From NCBI RefSeq assembly GCF_009914755.1, contig NC_060941.1: a stretch of 64,000 bases of DNA; one strand, written 5' to 3'. The notes under the pieces were generated by a model. The model ran no database searches, was not told the DNA's origin, and saw only the letters and a list, made by a program, of their open reading frames with translations. How positions within the stretch are numbered: the stretch's first letter is position 1; every line of letters begins with the position of its first letter. This document shows, one piece after another, positions 56,128 to 64,000 of this stretch. The translations under genes and the position numbers were made by a program. Origin of the DNA: the human T2T-CHM13v2.0 reference genome, Homo sapiens.

Positions 56128-56453
56128 CTAAAATGAGAGAAGATCTAGTTGGTTTATGTTTCTCTAACATTATTACTAGCATAATAAAATAGATATACAA
56201 AATTATAGTTATTTTGTGTATGTAACAGTTGTATATTATAGTTATTTTGTATATAACATACAAAACTATGCTCTGCAAATTGCACTAAAAATTGACATTA
56301 CAAAACACCTCAAATCAAATTGTACCTGTTTATAGATTTTTCACATGCAAACAGAGTAGGTAGAAAAAAAAGGAGGCATACAGAGTAATCAGTCGGAAAC
56401 AAACAATTTTTAGGCTATAGGTGGATGGAAAGATATTTAATTCACTAACTCAC

Positions 56454-56595
56454 CAAAGATAATCCATACAGGAGAAAGAGGCTGAAGACTACCATGAAGC
56501 CAGACAAAATGATAAACTGGGTAGATCTTATAACAAGTGCCAAGAAAAGGGCCATAATGAAGATGAAACCAGCATAGAGCAAACCCCAGGAGAGC
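56454..56595 (-). CDS. ABCA8: ABCA8 exon, TMD1: [47 protein letters not shown]
   Basis: 142 nt, TAG acceptor, GTGAG donor, hydrophobic helices. Confidence 0.93.
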
Positions 56596-58823
56596 CTAAT
56601 GTGGAAACAAAATGTTATTTTAGTATTTTATGTTCACTTGAAAAGGAAGACCTGAAATGGACTCTAAGATAACTTTTCATTCACTTATTCATCCATTCAT
56701 TCTCTCTTTCAACATTTATTTATTGGGTGTTCTAAGATATATAAATACAAGGTAAAAGTTTTGGGCAGGATTCTTTAGAATTAGGAATATTCTTTGGGAA
56801 TTAGGAATTGTTTTTCCTAAAATTGATTTCAGAAATACATTCACACACACATGCACATTGTTCTGGGGGGTGGGGGCGGTGGGGGGGGAATTAGGTTTCC
56901 AGTGTAATAGATTTTGGATCGAACATTTTATTTGCTGCATTCTTGCTCTGTAACCTTGGGCAACCTCTGTAACCCCTCTATTATTCCTTTATTTCTCTGG
57001 ACACCAGGAATAATACTACCACTGAAGACTAAATAAGATGATGGCTATGTAGGGCACTGTCTTAATACAGGGTAGCCCCTCAGTGAACCTCAGACCCTTC
57101 TCTCCTCTCTGGAGTCTCTCCAAGTTCAGGACCATCACAAGCTTCCTCAGAGACAAGAAATTCTTCCTTATGTGTAATTTGGTCATGTCACTCCTTCCCC
57201 AAAAGCTGTTGTCATCTTTCTCTGGATGTGTTCACTGAAAAGTCTACATACTTGCCTTTAGTTCCGTTCATTGTTTTTGTTAAGAAAGATTTTTTTTGAA
57301 TCCCATTCTTTTATGTCAGAATAATTCACTTTCCTTTCCTCATCAATTTCTTTTCTTTTGTTTTACAATATTATTTGAAAACTATAATGAAATAATAATT
57401 TTAAAAAACAAAAACAAAACAGCTGCAAAACCAACACAATAATAACTCACACACATAGCAATTAATATGCATTGAAGAAAACTTAGCAAACATTAAAGCA
57501 TTTTATTCTCCCAATAGCCCTATTCAGAATACCATTATTTTCCTCATCTTATTGATAGAGAACCTAATGAACAAGGGTGTTATGTAACTATGTTTCAAGT
57601 TCAGGGGTTTTGGCTCTATAGTCTTTAGATTTCACTGCTCTGCTACGTTTCCCTCCAGTATTAATTCAAACAAGAGGTCAATATTGATGTATAAGATGTT
57701 AATACTGGAAGGAACTCTTCCAGACTCCTAATTTGTTGCCCTATGCACAGCCCATCTGCCTCCCTAGCCTCTCTGTTATTTAATGTCCTACTCCCTGTAA
57801 ACATCACCTCCATGCTCTTTCAGTCAATTATTCATAAGTTCTCACACAGAACCTTGTCCATTCTTGGAATCACCCAACCTCTGACATTTTAAACCCACAC
57901 TACCCAGCCCCTATTCACCATCCTGTTTTGCCAGCTCATTCCCTCAGGCACACCAAGCATGTTCCTCAGTCTCAAAGGAGTTCCTGGTCCTCGGCTTCTT
58001 TTTCCCTTTCAATCCCCTCCTAGCTCACATCTCACCTCTGTCTGGCACAGACACCATTGTCTATCTTGTTTACGCCTCTCTTGCCATGGCCATTCCTCAT
58101 TACACCTTCTTCACAATCAACCAATAACCTAACCCCAATCTTCTTCCTTAACTCAGAGAAGCACAGTAAGATGCAGCCTCAGCCTGGCAAACATTACACC
58201 AATGACAGTTTATACCATTCATGGGGATAAAGGATTTTTATATTTCTTTCCTTGTTACTAAAGAATGTTTAAAAGTGGCATTTTCTTATTCATGGCAACA
58301 CATTTTTTTAAATGGACATTGATGTGTGATAGTTGTGACATTATTTTTTCTGTAAAATTCTGCATTTGGCTCCTTATTTGTTTTCTCAAAGTTTTTTTAT
58401 TTACTTTTTATGTTTCTTTAAAAGATTATCTTCCTCCTTTCTAAAAAAGTCAATATTATTCGTAATGGAAGTTGTATTTTCTTAAATGTTAGCACATTCT
58501 GTCCCCTTTTATCTTATTTCCTATAGCAGTTCCTTCACAGTACAGTGAATCTGAAATAGATTTAGATAAAATTGGGTCAGAGATTGTTAAATATATTAAA
58601 TGACCAGCCTCTCTACTTAGTCCTGTAAAATTTCCAGAAGCAAAATACATTTCCTTTTTTTTTTTTTTTTTTTTTTTTTTTGTCCATCACTGCAGAGCAT
58701 TTCTCCCCACTGAAATTAACTAAGTGGAAATTTGTTCATGATCTGAAATTATTCTGTGTAGGTATCTCTCATTTGTACCCCTTGGTTGTGGAGAAACAGG
58801 TTTTAATAAAGACGCATTGAAGA

Positions 58824-59158
<335 letters not shown>

Positions 59159-59182
59159 TTATTTGTGCTGCGTTTGACTCAC

Positions 59183-59409
59183 CAGAACGCTGAATCCCGA
59201 AGACCCATCATTGTCATCAAGGCCTTCATCCTTTTCCTCTCTCTTGTGACATTAACAGATGCATAGTAAATGAATGAGGAAAATGAAATAATGCAGGAAA
59301 AAAGGTACAAATCAGTTATAACTCCTGATTGACCAATGAAGGAATGCATCTTCATATTTTTTCCAGTAACTGACATCAGCTCCTCCATCACTGAGTGATT
59401 TGTTGTGAT
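59183..59409 (-). CDS. ABCA8: ABCA8 exon: [10 protein letters not shown]...[19 protein letters not shown](W)
   Basis: 227 nt, CAG acceptor, GTGAG donor; contained in ORF 59179..59457. Confidence 0.94.
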
Positions 59410-60062
59410 CTGAAGAAAGGCATTAATAAGCAAAATTTGTACGTTAATGAACAGCATGCAGTTTTCTTTTAACCATCTATTTTCTTGTGGATGTATGATT
59501 GGCCTATTGGGATTTGATACTAACCTAAATTTCCACTTCTATGTCCTGTCATTGACCTGCTGGGACCTTGGAGTCCAGGCATTCTGAGTTACTCACCACT
59601 CTCAGAATTTACTGTGTGTTTCATTACCTCCCTGCCTAACATTACTTTATGATTTGCTTGGCATGGCTTTTCTGAATTTATATATTCAGTAAGCCACCCC
59701 TCATCTCAAGCTTCAAGCTGGAATGTTATTTCAATTAGGCATTCTTCCATGGCATTCTAAGGCTGAGAGGTTTTTACTCATTTACTTATGAGGACCTGAT
59801 TTATAGTTCTGTAATAGTCTACTTCTGTTCTAATAATTTTCTTATATTCCTGGCTTCCCAACAAAGTTGAGTCCATGAATGAGATACTTTTTCTTCTGTT
59901 TGTATCTACATTCCGTGGTATATAGTAACTTCAGTAAACTTCAGAGTGAGCAAAGGAAATAACAAGGCTATCCACTTATATTTTCTTCCATGAAACTTTT
60001 GATGCCTCTAATATCATTAACTTGCATTAAACATTAGTTTGCTTTGAACATTTTGTACTCAC

Positions 60063-60166
60063 TTCTATAATAGCAGCATTAATGGCAGCTTGAAGAGCCA
60101 CAAAACCTTCCTTCCAAAATACTGAAACTTCACAGTAAACATCTTCATTTGTTTCATAACAATGAG
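60063..60166 (-). CDS. ABCA8: ABCA8 exon: [34 protein letters not shown]
   Basis: 104 nt, AAG acceptor, GAA|GTGAG donor; ABCA-typical GF..LQ.AI motif. Confidence 0.93.
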
Positions 60167-61255
60167 CTTTGTGAAAAAACAAATCATAACTATCATTACA
60201 TCACTATCTATATTATTGAAATATGATTTTAATACTGATTATAGCAAACAGTGGACTTTACAATGACCCCAAATTCCAAATGTTCTTATTTTGACTCAAA
60301 GCTTATGAAAACATAAATTATAACAATGATTCTCAAAATGAATCAGGCAGAATCATGAGGTGGAGCACTCTTAGGAAATGTTTTACATTAAATTATAACA
60401 CTCTAAGCTTTCTCATACCGTGTCCTGTGCTTTTCTGCTGATGAAGAATTTTGTTGGTCTCTTCTCTTTTCTGATTTGTATTGTGAAAACTACATATTTT
60501 AATGTTTTTCAAAAGTTCACAGAGCCTAACATGGATTGAGAGACACTAAACTAAAGCTTTTTCTAACACTGGATATAACACAGGCATAATAGGCCAATGG
60601 AAGTTCAAGTAAGATTACTTACTACGCTTAAATCATGCCAATCAGAATATCTTTTGAAGAAAAGGATTTATTCAAAAAGAGCTGTCAGTCCATTTAATAG
60701 TAAACTATATTAAAGAGATATCCTTGAATAAGATGAATTAAAATTGAGTATAGGAATTAAATGCATATTACATGAAATCATCTTGAAATATTTCAGATAT
60801 ACGAATGATATAAAAATACAATAAACACGCATGGACTCACTACAAATTTGCAAAATAAATGCATCATTTCAAATACAATTAGAATCTCTTGTGCACTTCC
60901 CCAGCACCAAGTTTCTAACTAGCTAACTGCTTTCCTGAACGTTATGTATATATATATGCCACTACATATCTCTAAACTATATATGTAATTTAAAAAATTA
61001 AACTCTACTAATAATTACTATGAACTATGTTCATTTGTTCCATATTATGATTTTGAAATGTAAATAAATTGCCTCATTTAATTTTTTCTTCTTTTTTATG
61101 GTTATGGAATCCCATTGCAGGAATGTAAATCAATATATTTATCCATTCTCCTGTTGATAACAATTTGGTTAGTTCCTTTTTTCTTTTTGTGATTACCAGA
61201 AAAAAAAATCTGCTGCTATAAAAATCTGTATATATGTCTTCTTGTAAATATATCT

Positions 61256-61560
61256 GTATTGGTCAGGATAGTCTCTTATATGTTACAGTAATAACCCCTA
61301 AATCTCAGTGATTTATCACAGTGAACGTGTATTTCTCACTCAGGCTACAAATTCAGCAGAGGTGTTTGGTAGGAGGGTTGAGTTGTACTGTCTGTATTAT
61401 ACACAACTCCTTAGTTTGCAGAAGCAGGTGAGAAAAGATGAAGAACTTATACCTGCATTTAAATGCCTTGGGTCTAGCTATCTTATTATGACTACAAAAA
61501 GTAATTATTCTATGTCCTCTGGAAGAAGAGGAGAATAGGCTGCAAATCTTTAACACAGGT
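61256..61560. mobile_element. MLT1-type LTR fragment within old L1M sequence
   Basis: tgtattggtcaggata...aaatctcagtgattta...tatttctcactca. Confidence 0.5.
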
Positions 61561-61978
61561 ATGAGAGTTTCACTAATAAGATTTCTATGATGATGAGTTA
61601 TAAGTTATGTGCACTTCAACTTTAAGATAAAATTTCTCAATTTTTGTGGAATTTAAAAATTTTGTAAAGTTGGATAGGTGTTCTCTTTGCTACATATCCT
61701 TGTCAATACTTCGAATTGTTCTATTTGCTAATTTTTGCAAATCTTATGAACATGAAGTGATATAACATGTGGTTTCAACACGCAGTTTCCTGGTTGCTAA
61801 TGAGGAAAAACACCTCTCCTAGTGCTTATTCTTGATCTGTGTTGTTTTATGAAATTCCTATTAATGTCCTTTTATTATTTTTCTATTTTTGATCTTTTTC
61901 CTATTTATTCAAAGTAAATATTTACATATTCTGGAATTAATTTTTTGTTAGATTTTTCTGTTATAAACACTTTATCAC

Positions 61979-62358
<380 letters not shown>

Positions 62359-62414
62359 TGATAAAGGGACGTTCTTAAAATTTATGTCTAGTCAAATTTA
62401 TCAATATTTTAATT

Positions 62415-62431
62415 TATGGCTGAGTAGTATT

Positions 62432-62477
<46 letters not shown>

Positions 62478-63500
62478 CTTCTTTATCCAGCCCTCTGTTG
62501 ATGGACACTTATGTTAATTCTCTATCTTTGCTTTTGTGAATAGTGCTGCAATAAACATATGAGTGCAGGTATCTTTTTAAATATAATGATTTTTTTTCCT
62601 CTGGGTAGATACCCAGTAGTGAAGTTGCTGGATCAAATGGTAGTTTGTTTTTATTTCTTTGAGAAATCTCCATACTGTTGTCCATAAAGGTTGTACTAAT
62701 TTACACTTCTACCAACGATGTATAAGTGTTATCTTTTCTTCGCATCTTTGCAAACATCTGATTTTTTTAGACTTTTTACTAATAGCCATTCCGACTAGGG
62801 TAAAATGGTTATCTCCTGGTTTTAATTTGCATTTTCTGATAATTAGTGATGTGGAGCATTTTTTTACGTTGGTTGGTTGCTTGTATGTCTTCTTGTGAAA
62901 AAAGAAGAATTCAAACAACTCAAATAACTGCACTGAAAAATAGGCAAATGGGTTATTTGTTTTGCTTGTTGAGTTCTTTGAGTTCTTTGTTGAATGCATA
63001 GTTTGCGATTTTTTTTTCCATCTGTAGGTCATCTGTTTACTCTGTTGATTGTTTCTTTTGCTTTGCAGAAGTTTTTTTTAGTTTAATTAAGTCTCGTTTT
63101 TCTATTTTTGTTTTTGTTGTATTTGCTTTTGAGAACTAAGTCACAAATTCTTTTCCTAGTCCAATGTCCAGAAGAGGTTATTCCTAGTTTTTTCTTCCTG
63201 AATTTTTATAGGTTCAGGTCCTATGTTTAGGTTTTAATCCATCTTGAGTTAATTTTTGTATATGGTGAGAGATATGGGTCCAGTTCTATTGTTCTGCATA
63301 AGGCTATTCAATTTTCCCAGTACAATTTATTGAAAAGGATTTTTCCCCCAGTGTATATTTTTGTTGACTTTGTCAAAGATCATTTGATTGTAGGTATGTG
63401 GCTTCATTCTGGTTTCTCTATTCTGTTCTATTTATGTACATGTCTATTTTTATACCAGTATCATGCTGTTTTAGTTACTATAGCCTTGTAGTATAATTTG
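62415..63500 (-). mobile_element. L1 (L1MA/L1PB-type) 3' ORF2 fragment with (TA)n at 62434-62472
   Basis: gggtagatacccagtagtg...tgagaaatctccatactgtt...tagccttgtagtataatttgaa. Confidence 0.85.
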
Positions 63501-63855
63501 AACAACTGAGCTTATTTGAAGGGAAATTTGTTCTATCTTATCCATAAACTACCTTGTTTTCTTTTAACAATCATATATTCCATATAATATCTATGTGTGT
63601 ACATATGAATACATATTTCATTTACATATATAAATATATATCTATGTAAATGTATGTAGATAACTATATATAATGACCACTTATCGATATGTTCTTATGC
63701 CCAAAAATGAATTTTTTTTTAAATGTTGAGGGACATGCATACATCATTATGACAGATAGTGATGCTCTAATTTGGCATACTAACCTCTATTCCCACACAT
63801 GACTTATGACATAATTGAAATAGAGAGTAGTGAAATTTTAGAGCCATAAAATTAC

Positions 63856-64000
63856 CTGTATGGTCCTTGTGCTCCTTCTTTGCTGGCATTCCATGTCCTA
63901 GCAAGAACTTCAAATGATATGAGTATGTATTAGTAAAGGTGACTCTTACTATTTCTTCAGGATAATTTGCTGTGAATTCTTTAATACTTTCCTCATCTGG
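63856..64000 (-). CDS. ABCA8: ABCA8 exon (5' end outside window), ECD1: [48 protein letters not shown]
   Basis: Open frame, donor CAG|GTAAT, phase 1. Confidence 0.92.

Noticed and set aside
56865-56888. G-run with G-quadruplex potential
   Set aside because: Isolated intronic low-complexity tract on the template strand with no other support.

Overview
Human intronic and exonic DNA lying entirely inside one minus-strand gene, the lipid exporter ABCA8 (ABCA6-like subfamily; identified from recalled protein sequence). I traced 33 coding exons by hand from 64000 (partial exon) down to 2173. All visible junctions are GT-AG and phase-compatible, giving 4310 nt (1436 codons + 2 nt) of uninterrupted frame covering part of ECD1, TMD1, NBD1, the regulatory linker, TMD2/ECD2 and NBD2. 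The 5' and 3' ends of the gene lie outside the window. Introns are filled with ordinary primate repeats: Alus, two long old L1s, several L1 3' ends, a MER52-type LTR, MLT1, Tigger/MER DNA elements, MIR/L2 and microsatellites. I found no new multi-gene system. The best second-look signals are an 18-bp tandem duplication creating two identical in-frame 5' splice sites, an abrupt exon-restricted GC3 jump in the NBD2 exons, both non-canonical ATPase motifs mapping to one composite site while the only LSGGQ sits on a skippable 120-nt exon, and an L1 inserted at +5..+20 of the Walker A exon donor. Repeat subfamily names and boundaries are by eye and approximate.
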